In this document: positions 24,855 to 34,470 of the stretch, piece by piece
How positions within the stretch are numbered: position 1 is the stretch's first letter
Layout of the letters: each line of letters starts with the position of its first letter
Source of the DNA: an uncultured Pseudoteredinibacter sp.
Lineage (GTDB): Bacteria; Pseudomonadota; Gammaproteobacteria; Pseudomonadales; Cellvibrionaceae
Direction of reading: 5' to 3'
Assembly: GCF_947500695.1 (NCBI RefSeq)
Contig: NZ_CANMSS010000015.1
Span: forward strand, 11,301-75,300
Length of the DNA stretch: 64,000 nt
Notes under the pieces: model-generated
What the model was told of the DNA's origin: nothing
Seen by the model: only the letters and a program-made list of their open reading frames with translations
Database searches by the model: none
Position numbers and translations under genes: made by a program

Positions 24855-25172
24855 ATGACACAGCATCGAATCCTAATTGCTTCGCTTTTCGCACTTATAG
24901 GCCTTGCCTCACCAATTAGCGGAGCAGCCAATGGCGACGAGTCGTTAAAGGCCGACAAGCAGGCTCTTGAGCAGCGGATAATGTTTCAACTGGCCAAAGC
25001 CGGTAGCAAAGACGACGGCAAAGCGACCCCAAACGGGCAGGCAGAAGCCGCACAAAAGGCCCTTAAAAAATCCAAGGGGAAAGTTCTCAAAGTTCAAAGA
25101 GGACAGGCCGGATACACTGTGAAAGTATTAACAGCCTCTGGTAAAGTACAACAAATATGGATTGCCGATTAA
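24855..25172 (+). CDS. Small exported PepSY-like protein
   Basis: Signal peptide; C-terminal AAQKALKKSKGKVLKV...YTVKVLTASGKVQQIWI resembles PepSY. Confidence 0.65.
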   Translation: MTQHRILIASLFALIGLASPISGAANGDESLKADKQALEQRIMFQLAKAGSKDDGKATPNGQAEAAQKALKKSKGKVLKVQRGQAGYTVKVLTASGKVQQIWIAD

Positions 25173-25276
25173 AAATCAGCGCCTAGAATGCCAACAATAC
25201 TAATTGGCGTCATAAAACAAAAACATACGCCACCACCGACTATTTCACGTGGCGAGAGATCATTACGAGACCAGTT

Positions 25277-25957
25277 ATGCGCTTACTTGTTGTCGAAGAC
25301 GAGCCACATATCCGCGAGCAAATATGCACGCAACTCAAATCTGCTGGCTATGTTAGCGATGCTTGCGGCGATGGCCGCGAAGCGATTTTTTTAGGTACTG
25401 AACACCCCTACGACCTGGCTATCATCGACTTAGGCCTTCCCGAAGTCGACGGTCTTGAAGTAGTGAAAACACTACGCGCAGAAGGCAAAAAATTCCCAAT
25501 CCTAATCCTAACAGCTCGCGGTAATTGGCAGGACAAGGTTGAGGGCCTCGAAGCTGGTGCCGACGATTATGTTGTTAAGCCATTTCAAAACGAAGAATTA
25601 CTCGCCAGAATCAATGCCTTGCTCCGCCGCGCGGCAGGCCACGCCAGCCCAAGCCTGGATTATGGCCCACTAGTCATCAACACCACCGCCAAAACTGTTA
25701 GCAGAGATGGCAATAAGCTGGAGCTCACCAGCTTCGAATATAACACCCTTGAATACCTGGCACTCAATTCCGGCAAGCTGGTTTCAAAAACTGAATTAAC
25801 AGAGCATCTCTATGATCAAGACTTTGATCGTGATAGTAATGTCATCGAAGTTTTTATTGGTCGCTTAAGAAAGAAAATCGATCCCAATGGTGATTTAAAA
25901 CCTATCGATACGGTTCGCGGCCAAGGTTATCGCTTTGCACTGGAAACACAAAATTAA
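25277..25957 (+). CDS. phoP: OmpR-family response regulator, PhoP-like
   Basis: IIDLGLP, FPILILTARGNWQDKVEGL, GADDYVVKPF closely match pseudomonad PhoP as I recall it. Confidence 0.8.
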   Translation: MRLLVVEDEPHIREQICTQLKSAGYVSDACGDGREAIFLGTEHPYDLAIIDLGLPEVDGLEVVKTLRAEGKKFPILILTARGNWQDKVEGLEAGADDYVVKPFQNEELLARINALLRRAAGHASPSLDYGPLVINTTAKTVSRDGNKLELTSFEYNTLEYLALNSGKLVSKTELTEHLYDQDFDRDSNVIEVFIGRLRKKIDPNGDLKPIDTVRGQGYRFALETQN

Positions 25958-25969
25958 GGCTTCATTCCT

Positions 25970-27316
25970 TTGCGTCTATTTCGCTCTCTCGCCTCGCGCT
26001 TTACCCTAGCGTCACTTTTGGTTTTACCTGCAGTACTAGGGTTAAGCGGCTATATGCTCGACCAAGCCTTTCAACGCAGTTTAAGCACCGCAGAAAAGAA
26101 TCGCCTTAATAGCCAGATGTACTTGCTGCTTGGCTCAATAGATATCAGTGCAGGCCAACCCAAGCTATCACAAGAACTAAATGACCCAGACTTTAGCCGC
26201 CCAGGCTCTGGTCTCTATGCCTGGGTGCATACCCCCCTTGGTATGCAATGGCAATCTCCATCCGTTTTATTTCCAACGCCCAGCAACCTAATGCCCCAAA
26301 GTATCGAGGCTGGAACACAGCATTTTGAAGAGATAAGACATAGCAGCCAAGGCCGCGTCTTCAGCTTGCGCTTTGACGTGGAGTGGGAAAGCAAAGACGG
26401 CAACCTTCCTATTCGACTGACCATATGGAGAGATAGCGCAATTTGGAATGCCGAGCTAAGCACTTATCGGCAACAGCTTGGCCAATGGCTTGGTAGCTTG
26501 GGTATCTTTATCATTTTTGCACAACTACTCATCATGCGCTGGGGTTTACAACCCCTAAAACGATTAAAAGATGATATCGATAAACTGAGAGAATCTTCAG
26601 AGCAGCAACTACCTGGAAATTATCCTTCAGAGATCATTCCAGTAACTCATAGTTTGAATCAAGTGCTGGCCAATCAAAGCCAGCAAAGCGAACGCTATAA
26701 AAACACCCTGAACGATTTGGCCCATAGCCTGAAAACACCGCTGGCGGTAATCTCGGGATTCGCCCAACAAGACCCCGAATTCGAAAAGAAGCTAGCTGAT
26801 CCGCTGCGCCGAATGGACGAAATCATCAGCCACCAGCTCAGCCGTGCCAGCCTAGGCGCAAAGATAAACATCAACCACAGCATTGATCTACGCCAACTTT
26901 GCAAGCGCCTGATTACTGCCCTAGGTAAAGTGTACGGCCGAGATGAAAAAGATTTTTCATTATTGATTCCTGCGGACTGTCGCATTCAAGGCGAAGAAGC
27001 TGACTTTATGGAGTTAATGGGCAACCTGCTCGACAATGCCTGCAAATATGGGCGCCGACAAGTATTTGTCGACGCCGAGGAAATGGACGGTCAGTGGGTG
27101 ATCCGCGTGGAGGATGACGGACCCGGGGTAGCAGGCAACCAAAGGCAAAGCATTCTTACCCGTGGCCAACGCGCCGACACCGCCAATAAAGGTCAAGGAA
27201 TTGGACTGGCAGTTGCAATTGATATCGTAAGTGCCTACAGCGGTAGTGTAGAGGTTGGCCGCTCTCCAATTTTGGGCGGAGCTTCTTTTATTCTGACCCT
27301 TCCGGTGCAGCGTTAG
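25970..27316 (+). CDS. phoQ: Sensor histidine kinase, PhoQ-like
   Basis: Two TM segments, HAMP, DLAHSLKTPLAV H-box, GNLLDNACKYG, EDDGPG, GQGIGL. Confidence 0.75.
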   Translation: MRLFRSLASRFTLASLLVLPAVLGLSGYMLDQAFQRSLSTAEKNRLNSQMYLLLGSIDISAGQPKLSQELNDPDFSRPGSGLYAWVHTPLGMQWQSPSVLFPTPSNLMPQSIEAGTQHFEEIRHSSQGRVFSLRFDVEWESKDGNLPIRLTIWRDSAIWNAELSTYRQQLGQWLGSLGIFIIFAQLLIMRWGLQPLKRLKDDIDKLRESSEQQLPGNYPSEIIPVTHSLNQVLANQSQQSERYKNTLNDLAHSLKTPLAVISGFAQQDPEFEKKLADPLRRMDEIISHQLSRASLGAKININHSIDLRQLCKRLITALGKVYGRDEKDFSLLIPADCRIQGEEADFMELMGNLLDNACKYGRRQVFVDAEEMDGQWVIRVEDDGPGVAGNQRQSILTRGQRADTANKGQGIGLAVAIDIVSAYSGSVEVGRSPILGGASFILTLPVQR

Positions 27317-27938
27317 CCGACTCTGCTTTCGTTACCCCTGAAACAAACAGGCTTTGTAATTGCTGCTGATTTGTTATTACCCATAAAAAAACGGGCACCA
27401 AAACAGGCAACATCAAAGTGGCCAACTGAAAACCAAGTGCAATAAAGTCTCGCGAAGCATACCAGTAGCGATTTGCCTCAATAAATGCTCCGCCAAGCCC
27501 AACCATTACTGACTTAGCACAAAGAAAGACCATGCTTACAATAATAACAAGGTACATAACGAGCACGGATATAGCGATATGCTTCTTAGGCTGCCAATTC
27601 CACAGGGCCGCCTGCAAAGAGAAAAAGAATGGTACGGAATAGCTCAACACACGAACATTGGACTCAAAAGCCAAGGCATAACCCGCAGCGCGAGCAGGAA
27701 CCAAGCGCCCCTGAACCTCTCCCCAATTGGTAGCCGCCTGCAAACTACCATCAAGCAACTGTAGGCTATGAAAGGACTCAGATAAAAGCAAAGCCAACAA
27801 CCAACCCGAAACGTCTACTGCTGGCTGCAACCACCAATCACCAATAAACCACCAAATAGCAAAGCAGGGGATCATGGCTAAAATAATTCTTAGAAAAAAT
27901 TTACCCGCACCCAATTGCGGCTCTACTTGAACACTCAT
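27288..27938 (-). CDS. Exosortase H-associated membrane protein
   Basis: Multi-TM protein whose start overlaps the xrtH stop (ATGA at 27935-27938); YSVPFF and QLATLMLPVLVPVFLW resemble the XrtH-partner family. Confidence 0.7.
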   Translation of the reverse strand: MSVQVEPQLGAGKFFLRIILAMIPCFAIWWFIGDWWLQPAVDVSGWLLALLLSESFHSLQLLDGSLQAATNWGEVQGRLVPARAAGYALAFESNVRVLSYSVPFFFSLQAALWNWQPKKHIAISVLVMYLVIIVSMVFLCAKSVMVGLGGAFIEANRYWYASRDFIALGFQLATLMLPVLVPVFLWVITNQQQLQSLFVSGVTKAESANAAPEGSE

Positions 27939-28447
27939 GCAGCAGCCACTTCAGGCTGAGCCTCTTCTTGCCCCTTGGCTATGATTCTCAACCACACCAA
28001 AAAAACCGCCAGCACATCTACCATAATCAACACTGGCCACAGATATAAATGCGCCCACTCGAACACCTCCATATTCCACTGGCCAAGATAAAACAAACTG
28101 ATAATGCGCAAGATATTTGCTAGTTGAATGGCAAAAAAACCAATAACCACAACCGCGAGCTTTTGCTTTATGGTTGCAGGGAATGCAACTGCTGCAGCGA
28201 TTAGCATAATGGTCGCTTCAACCCCATTGCAGCCAGGCTCTATCGACACCGCAAAGCCATTTGCCGAGCTCTGCAATATCTTGCCATAGGCCAATACATC
28301 AGCATCGAAAGGGATAATAATTGCGACGCAAATTTTAGCGATAAATGCTGTAAAAGGCAGGATCACACTTTGCTGCACAGGGCCAAGCATTTCCAATCCA
28401 AATAGCACAACTAGAACGCCGAAAAACCAAGCACTGTAGCGAAGCAT
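27935..28447 (-). CDS. xrtH: Exosortase H (IPTLxxWG-CTERM-type family)
   Basis: VSIEPGCNGVEA (Cys), ANILRIISLFYLGQW (Arg), FEWAHLYLW (His): exosortase triad in a short 170-aa form. Confidence 0.85.
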   Translation of the reverse strand: MLRYSAWFFGVLVVLFGLEMLGPVQQSVILPFTAFIAKICVAIIIPFDADVLAYGKILQSSANGFAVSIEPGCNGVEATIMLIAAAVAFPATIKQKLAVVVIGFFAIQLANILRIISLFYLGQWNMEVFEWAHLYLWPVLIMVDVLAVFLVWLRIIAKGQEEAQPEVAAA

Positions 28448-28471
28448 GTAATTTCCTTTTAATAGCTTGCT

Positions 28472-30985
28472 CTAAGCAGGCTCTGGACCTAAAGGCTTAA
28501 ATAAAATAATCAACTTGGGTAACAACACCAAGGAAGCCAAAGTTGCTGCAATCATCGAACCGCCGGTTAACAAGCCAAAATAAATCGACGGGATAAATTC
28601 TGACAGCGACAGCACTGAAAAGCCAACAATAATAGTGATCGCGGTATAGTAAAGCGCTCTACCAATGGTGCCATGAGATCTATGCATAGTGGCAATATAA
28701 TTACCATCCTTTGCAAATTCACGTTTAAAGCAGGTTATATAGTGAATTTCATGGTCAACGGCAATACCTACGGTAATGGCCGCTATGGTAATCGTCATCA
28801 TGTCTAAAGGAATGCCGGCAATTCCCATTCCCCCCAAAACCATAAAGGCGGCCAGCATATTAGGCACGATAGCGACCAAAGCCAAAGAGAATGATCTAAA
28901 CAAGATAACAAACATCACCATGATGGCTATAAAGACCGCGCCAAGAGTCATGATCTGAGAGTCAAACAAGCTGTTTAGCATATTATTGTACAACACCAAC
29001 ATACCGCTAAAGTGGATTTGCTCAGGCGCAAAGCCCAACTCATTAATTGCGTGGTCTCGTATCTTGGCCATGATCGTCATACGATCAAGATCTGCACTGG
29101 TTTCCACCAAACGCATGGAAATTCGTGTCTGCTCCTGCTCGATAGCCAAATATGGTTTTACCAAGACATCATTAATACTATCCGGCAAGGCTTGGCGGAG
29201 GATCGCCAACTCGAAATCGCTCAAGCTCCCGCCATTCACATCTTTTGCAACTTTATAGGCGATAGCCAACGATTGAACTTTACCCACTTCAGGTAGCGAC
29301 TCTAAGTAATCGTGTAAAGACTCGACCTTGCGCAAGCCTGCGCTGGTAAACCAATAAACCGTATCGGCTTCGGCAGATTCATCAGCAAATAGATCATCAC
29401 CGAACTCATCATCAAATTCGTCCGAAAACTCATCATCTTCTTCAGCTTCAAGCTCTTCAGCGACCGCAACCTCAGGTGCTATATCGATAATAATCTCGAG
29501 CGGCATAGTACCACCCAAGCGACGGTCAATAGCTTCCATCCCCTGATAGATCTCAGTGTCCTTATGGAAGTAATCGATAAAGCGGTTATCTACTTTAAGT
29601 AAGCTTATACCGTAAGCCGATACTAATGCCGCCAAAATTGAAAGTGTGATAACCAAACCACCGCGTTGCTCCGCAAAACGAGAGAAGCCCAGGGTAAAGG
29701 CTTTCGACTGATCGCCATTGTCCTTGGGATCGCCCAGAGGCCACAGCATCAAACCGGCCGGCAATAGAATAAAAGCCATGCAAAAACCAACGGCCAAACC
29801 CATGGTCATCATCCAGCCAAAATCAATAACCGGGCGGATTCCACTCACCACTAAGGAGACAAAAGCAACCACCGTGGTCAGTGCCGTAAATAAACAAGGG
29901 CGCAACATATAGTGCACCATGTCCATGACCAACTGACCCTTGCTCCAATGCGGGTGCTCACCATAGGACTCACGAAACCTCACTACCAAATGAATAGTAA
30001 TGGCTAGAGTGGTAATCAATAGTAGGGCAACGAAATTCGAGGAGATAACCGTCAGACGCCAATCCAACCAACTCAGCAGCCCCAACATCAGAACAGCCGT
30101 CAGAATACAGGTCGACAGCGGCAAAATGATAAATCGCCATTGGCGAAAGATAACCGCTAGCAAGAGCACGATAAAAATAACGATACCCAAACCAAAAACA
30201 ATCAAATCACTTTGGATAAAGTCAATCATATCGGCGGTGATCATCGTCACACCACCAACAAACATTTCGGCTCGATCGGAATAGGACGTTACGACCTCCC
30301 GTACTTTAGCAACCCTAGCCTTATCTTTAACAGCCGCCTGGGTGCGATAATCTAAAAACTCCGCACTGACACGCTCATACTCTTGCAGCTGTTCTGCACT
30401 CAGTTGCCCAGCCTTAAAAAGTGCTCGCAATTCGTCACGCTGTTTCACCAGCGCCAAGTATTTATTGTCTACCTTTAGGTTCGCCAAGATTGCCGTTGTG
30501 CGACCATCTGGGCTCAGCAACATGTCGCGATATATTGGGCTATTCCAAAACTCTTGCTTGGCGAGCTCTCGGTCAACTCCTTCACTCATCAGCGTTCGAG
30601 GCTCGTCGCTTAAATCGGTCAAGCTGAGCTTGGGGCTATAAAGCAAAGGAACATCCAGCATACCCAATACAGAATCTACCCCCTCAATTTGGGCTAGTTC
30701 ATCTGACAGGCTGCGCAGGTCACTGATCGACTGATCTGAAAATAAATCGGCGTTTGGACGATAGGTAACAACTAAGAAGTCACCGCTTTGGTAGCGACTA
30801 TAAACCTCGCGGAAGTAATCTAAGTCTTTATCGTTTTCAAGGGTAAGCGACTCTGATGAAGCATCCAGCTTGAAATTTGGCAAACCAGCTGCCGCCAAGA
30901 CAGTCAACGCTATAACCAAAATTAAACCCAACCAAGGGCGCTGAATCACTAATCCTTGGTAAATTGCCGCTAAACCTCTTAGCAT
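28472..30985 (-). CDS. MMPL/RND superfamily membrane transporter
   Basis: Two RND halves; TIHLVVRF and GIAVDHEIHY, DNRFIDYF, GGTMPLEI; TM pattern. Confidence 0.88.
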   Translation of the reverse strand: MLRGLAAIYQGLVIQRPWLGLILVIALTVLAAAGLPNFKLDASSESLTLENDKDLDYFREVYSRYQSGDFLVVTYRPNADLFSDQSISDLRSLSDELAQIEGVDSVLGMLDVPLLYSPKLSLTDLSDEPRTLMSEGVDRELAKQEFWNSPIYRDMLLSPDGRTTAILANLKVDNKYLALVKQRDELRALFKAGQLSAEQLQEYERVSAEFLDYRTQAAVKDKARVAKVREVVTSYSDRAEMFVGGVTMITADMIDFIQSDLIVFGLGIVIFIVLLLAVIFRQWRFIILPLSTCILTAVLMLGLLSWLDWRLTVISSNFVALLLITTLAITIHLVVRFRESYGEHPHWSKGQLVMDMVHYMLRPCLFTALTTVVAFVSLVVSGIRPVIDFGWMMTMGLAVGFCMAFILLPAGLMLWPLGDPKDNGDQSKAFTLGFSRFAEQRGGLVITLSILAALVSAYGISLLKVDNRFIDYFHKDTEIYQGMEAIDRRLGGTMPLEIIIDIAPEVAVAEELEAEEDDEFSDEFDDEFGDDLFADESAEADTVYWFTSAGLRKVESLHDYLESLPEVGKVQSLAIAYKVAKDVNGGSLSDFELAILRQALPDSINDVLVKPYLAIEQEQTRISMRLVETSADLDRMTIMAKIRDHAINELGFAPEQIHFSGMLVLYNNMLNSLFDSQIMTLGAVFIAIMVMFVILFRSFSLALVAIVPNMLAAFMVLGGMGIAGIPLDMMTITIAAITVGIAVDHEIHYITCFKREFAKDGNYIATMHRSHGTIGRALYYTAITIIVGFSVLSLSEFIPSIYFGLLTGGSMIAATLASLVLLPKLIILFKPLGPEPA

Positions 30986-31343
30986 GATAGACCTTATACT
31001 CCGAATTCCCCCTCCGCCGCGGGGGCTAAATTGTTACAGCCGCTGGGGCTAGATTGCTATAAAAGCCGAATAATATCCTATTGAGGCGCTAATAGCCTGA
31101 AAAAGACAGAAATTCACCGAACTTTACACCTGTGAAAACAGTAACTTAGAGCTCAGCTTACGACGATTACAAGGGCTTACTCTGAGCGACCACACAAGAA
31201 ACCTTGATTTAATAGCCAAGCCAAGCCTAGCATTTACGCCCTCAGCCGCTTATTGCTATTCCAAGAGGCCAAATAATTGAGCCCCTCATTGCCGAATGGT
31301 TCCACAGCGCAAGCCAATAACATCTGAAGAAAGGTCAATTTTT

Positions 31344-32300
31344 ATGCACAACGCCGTAATTCTCGACGCCGATAGTCTAGGCCCAAAAGACCTAGACCTG
31401 AGTCCACTACTCGACCAAGTAGAGCATTGGGAGATACACGGTACGACGAACATGAAAGAGCGACTAACTCGCTGTCAAAATGCGGAGCTAATCGTTAGCA
31501 ACAAGGTGCTTCTTGATGAAGAGTTAATCTCAGCCTGCCCCCAATTAAAACTCATTTTAATTGCCGCCACAGGCAGTAATAACGTAGACCTTAAGGCTGC
31601 CAAAAAACACGGCGTAAGAGTATGCAATGTGGCAGGCTACGGGACCGCCAGCGTCGCCCAACACTGCTGGGCGATGATTCTCAATCTGGCCACTCAGTTG
31701 AGTCGTTACCACCAGGCTTGCCGAGAAGGCCAATGGAGCCAAAGCCCTTTTTTTTGCATGCTGGATTTTCCAATTACCGAACTCAGTGGTAAAACACTTG
31801 GGATTATAGGGCACGGCAGTATTGGCAAAGCTGTCGCCGACATAGGTAAAGCCTTAGGCATGAAGGTAGTGATTGCCGCGCGCAAAGGAGAAGCCGCGCA
31901 ACCACCGCGAGTAGGCTTTAATAAGCTATTGGAACAAAGCGACGTTATCAGCCTGCACTGCCCCCTCAATGAGGACACCTTGTCACTGATTAGCAAGGCC
32001 GAGCTAGCAAGCATGAGAAACAACGCACTGTTGATCAACGTATCACGCGGTGGACTCATCGATGAAGCGGCATTACAAGACGCACTAGAATCTAATCAAA
32101 TTGCTGGTGCAGCACTAGATACCCTCAGCCAAGAACCTCCCCCAGCCGACCACCCTTTGCTTCATTTGAATGATCAAAACTTACTACTGAGCCCCCACTC
32201 TGCATGGGGCAGCCAAGAAGCTAGGCAAAGACTACTAAACATTATGGCTGCCAACCTCGAGAGTTTTTTAGCTGGCCGAGAACAAAATGTTTTAGCCTAA
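31344..32300 (+). CDS. hprA: D-2-hydroxyacid dehydrogenase (glycerate dehydrogenase HprA-like)
   Basis: AATGSNNVD, GIIGHGSIG, SLHCPL, INVSRGGLIDE, SPHSAW; ATG at 31344 has an AAGGT SD and is preferred over 31296. Confidence 0.8.
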   Translation: MHNAVILDADSLGPKDLDLSPLLDQVEHWEIHGTTNMKERLTRCQNAELIVSNKVLLDEELISACPQLKLILIAATGSNNVDLKAAKKHGVRVCNVAGYGTASVAQHCWAMILNLATQLSRYHQACREGQWSQSPFFCMLDFPITELSGKTLGIIGHGSIGKAVADIGKALGMKVVIAARKGEAAQPPRVGFNKLLEQSDVISLHCPLNEDTLSLISKAELASMRNNALLINVSRGGLIDEAALQDALESNQIAGAALDTLSQEPPPADHPLLHLNDQNLLLSPHSAWGSQEARQRLLNIMAANLESFLAGREQNVLA

Positions 32301-32326
32301 CGGCCCAATATTGCAAATGGGCCCTA

Positions 32327-32926
32327 TCACTCTCCCCAACGCGGCATAATGCTTTGCTCGATACCCAGTTGATCCAGAATTCGTGCGACCACAAAATCAA
32401 TCAAGTCTTCTATAGATTTGGGATTGTGATAGAAGCCTGGGCTCGCTGGCATCACAATGGCGCCAAGCTGAGTGAGCTTCAACATGTTTTCGAGGTGGAT
32501 AGCCGAGTAGGGCATTTCCCTAGGCACCAACAACAGCGGCTTGCGTTCTTTCAGAACTACATCAGCCGCCCGCTCAATAAGATTATTGCTTGCTCCGCAG
32601 GCAATAGCCGATAAGGTTCCTCCACTCGCCGGGCAGATTACCAGTGGCGCGCAATGGCTTGAGCCCGAGGCCACCGGTGAGAACCAATCTTCTCGACTGT
32701 AGTAACGCAACTGTTCGGCGTCTACTTGATAATGCTGGCAAAACCACGATCCCCAAAGCGATTCATCTTCAGGCAATTTGAATTCTGTCTCAGTGTTGAT
32801 AACAACAGCTGCGGCTCGTGACACCATCAAATTAACACGACAATTCGCGGCTAAAAGACATTGCAGCAAGCGCAATGAATATTGCACTCCAGAACCACCG
32901 GTAATAGCTAGACTGATTGTTCGCAT
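32327..32926 (-). CDS. ubiX: Flavin prenyltransferase
   Basis: ITGGSGVQY, ASGS, LIERAADVVLKERKPL, VPREMP, MPASPGFY. Confidence 0.95.
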   Translation of the reverse strand: MRTISLAITGGSGVQYSLRLLQCLLAANCRVNLMVSRAAAVVINTETEFKLPEDESLWGSWFCQHYQVDAEQLRYYSREDWFSPVASGSSHCAPLVICPASGGTLSAIACGASNNLIERAADVVLKERKPLLLVPREMPYSAIHLENMLKLTQLGAIVMPASPGFYHNPKSIEDLIDFVVARILDQLGIEQSIMPRWGE

Positions 32927-34284
32927 TAGCCCACCTCTTTTTCACTTAAAGCATTTAATAAACGCTGATGCAGGCCACCAAAGCCGCCATTACTCATTAG
33001 TACTACATGGTCACCATGTTCTATCGATTGCAATAGCTGCTGCAACAAGTCATCGATACTGTCAGCCACCAACAAAGAGCTTGCGACCGAGTCAGCATAA
33101 TCTTCTAAACGCCAATCCATACCTTGAGGCTGCAGGCAAAATACTTGATCTGCTTTTACGCAAGACTGAAAAAGAGTCTCCTTGTGAACCCCAAGCTTCA
33201 TGGTATTAGAACGAGGCTCCAAAACAGCCACTATACGCTTGTCCCCCAGCTTATTCCGCAGACCTTCTAGCGTTGTAGCAATAGCGGTTGGGTGATGAGC
33301 AAAATCATCGTATACCGTTACACCCGCTACTTCACCCAGCTTTTCCAAGCGTCGTTTGACGCCAGCAAACTGCCCTAAGGCCTCAGCAGCATGAGCCAAC
33401 TCAACACCAACATGCCGAGCGGCAGCGATAGCCGCCATCGCATTGGCCACATTGTGCTGGCCATTTAAATCCCACTCAATGTCAGCTTGCTGTCCCTGAG
33501 GATCTTGCAGTGTAAATTGACTACCATCGGCATTGCAGGCCAGCAATTTCCAGTCGCCTCCTAGCGATTGAATATCGCTCCAGCACCCCATCTCCAACAC
33601 CTCTTGCACCGCTGGCACATCCGCTGGGTAAATAACCTGCCCCACACTCGGCACTGTTCTAACAACATGATGGAACTGCTTTTGGATATCAGCTAATGAA
33701 TCGAAGATATCCGCATGGTCAAACTCCAAGTTGTTAATCACCAATGTCTGGGGGCGGTAGTGAACAAACTTAGATCGCTTATCGAAAAAGGCACTGTCGT
33801 ATTCATCGGCTTCAATAACAAAGAAGTCCGACTCACCCAATCGTGCTGACACAGGGAAATTAGCAGGCACTCCGCCAATCAGAAAACCGGGTGACATACC
33901 AGCAAACTCCAGAATCCAAGCTAACATCGAGCTGGTAGTAGTCTTTCCATGGGTGCCTGAAACCGCCAACACCCAACGGCTTTGCAACACATGATTACAT
34001 AGCCATTCAGGCCCAGAACAGTATGGCAAGCGCTTGTCTAAGACATATTCAACAGCTGGGTTTCCGCGCGACATGGCATTACCGATAATCACCAGATCTG
34101 GCGCAGGGTTTAAAACGTCACTGTCATAGCCCTCGTGAAGCGTGATGCCAGCCTGCTCCAACTGCGTACTCATTGGGGGGTAAACATTGGCATCGCTGCC
34201 ACTCACCTGATGGCCAAGCGCCTTAGCTAGCTGCGCCAAACTCCCCATAAAGGTGCCACAGATTCCTAAAAAATGAATGTGCAT
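32926..34284 (-). CDS. mpl: Murein peptide ligase
   Basis: MHIHFLGICGTFMG, SGTHGKTTT, NLEFDHADIF, DDFAHHPTAI. Confidence 0.97.
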   Translation of the reverse strand: MHIHFLGICGTFMGSLAQLAKALGHQVSGSDANVYPPMSTQLEQAGITLHEGYDSDVLNPAPDLVIIGNAMSRGNPAVEYVLDKRLPYCSGPEWLCNHVLQSRWVLAVSGTHGKTTTSSMLAWILEFAGMSPGFLIGGVPANFPVSARLGESDFFVIEADEYDSAFFDKRSKFVHYRPQTLVINNLEFDHADIFDSLADIQKQFHHVVRTVPSVGQVIYPADVPAVQEVLEMGCWSDIQSLGGDWKLLACNADGSQFTLQDPQGQQADIEWDLNGQHNVANAMAAIAAARHVGVELAHAAEALGQFAGVKRRLEKLGEVAGVTVYDDFAHHPTAIATTLEGLRNKLGDKRIVAVLEPRSNTMKLGVHKETLFQSCVKADQVFCLQPQGMDWRLEDYADSVASSLLVADSIDDLLQQLLQSIEHGDHVVLMSNGGFGGLHQRLLNALSEKEVG

Positions 34285-34470
34285 AAATTCCTCATAGCAT
34301 GTCCCCCAAAGAGGGTACCGAAAGGCCTAGAATTGGCGGCCTAAATCGATGCAATTGTGATCAGTTTACAGTATGATGCGCGCCACTGAGCACGCTGACT
34401 GGCCTGCCAGTTCCACAGGACGATGTATCTGCTCCATATTTTTCACTAAAAACGAGTCTGAGAGAAGCTA

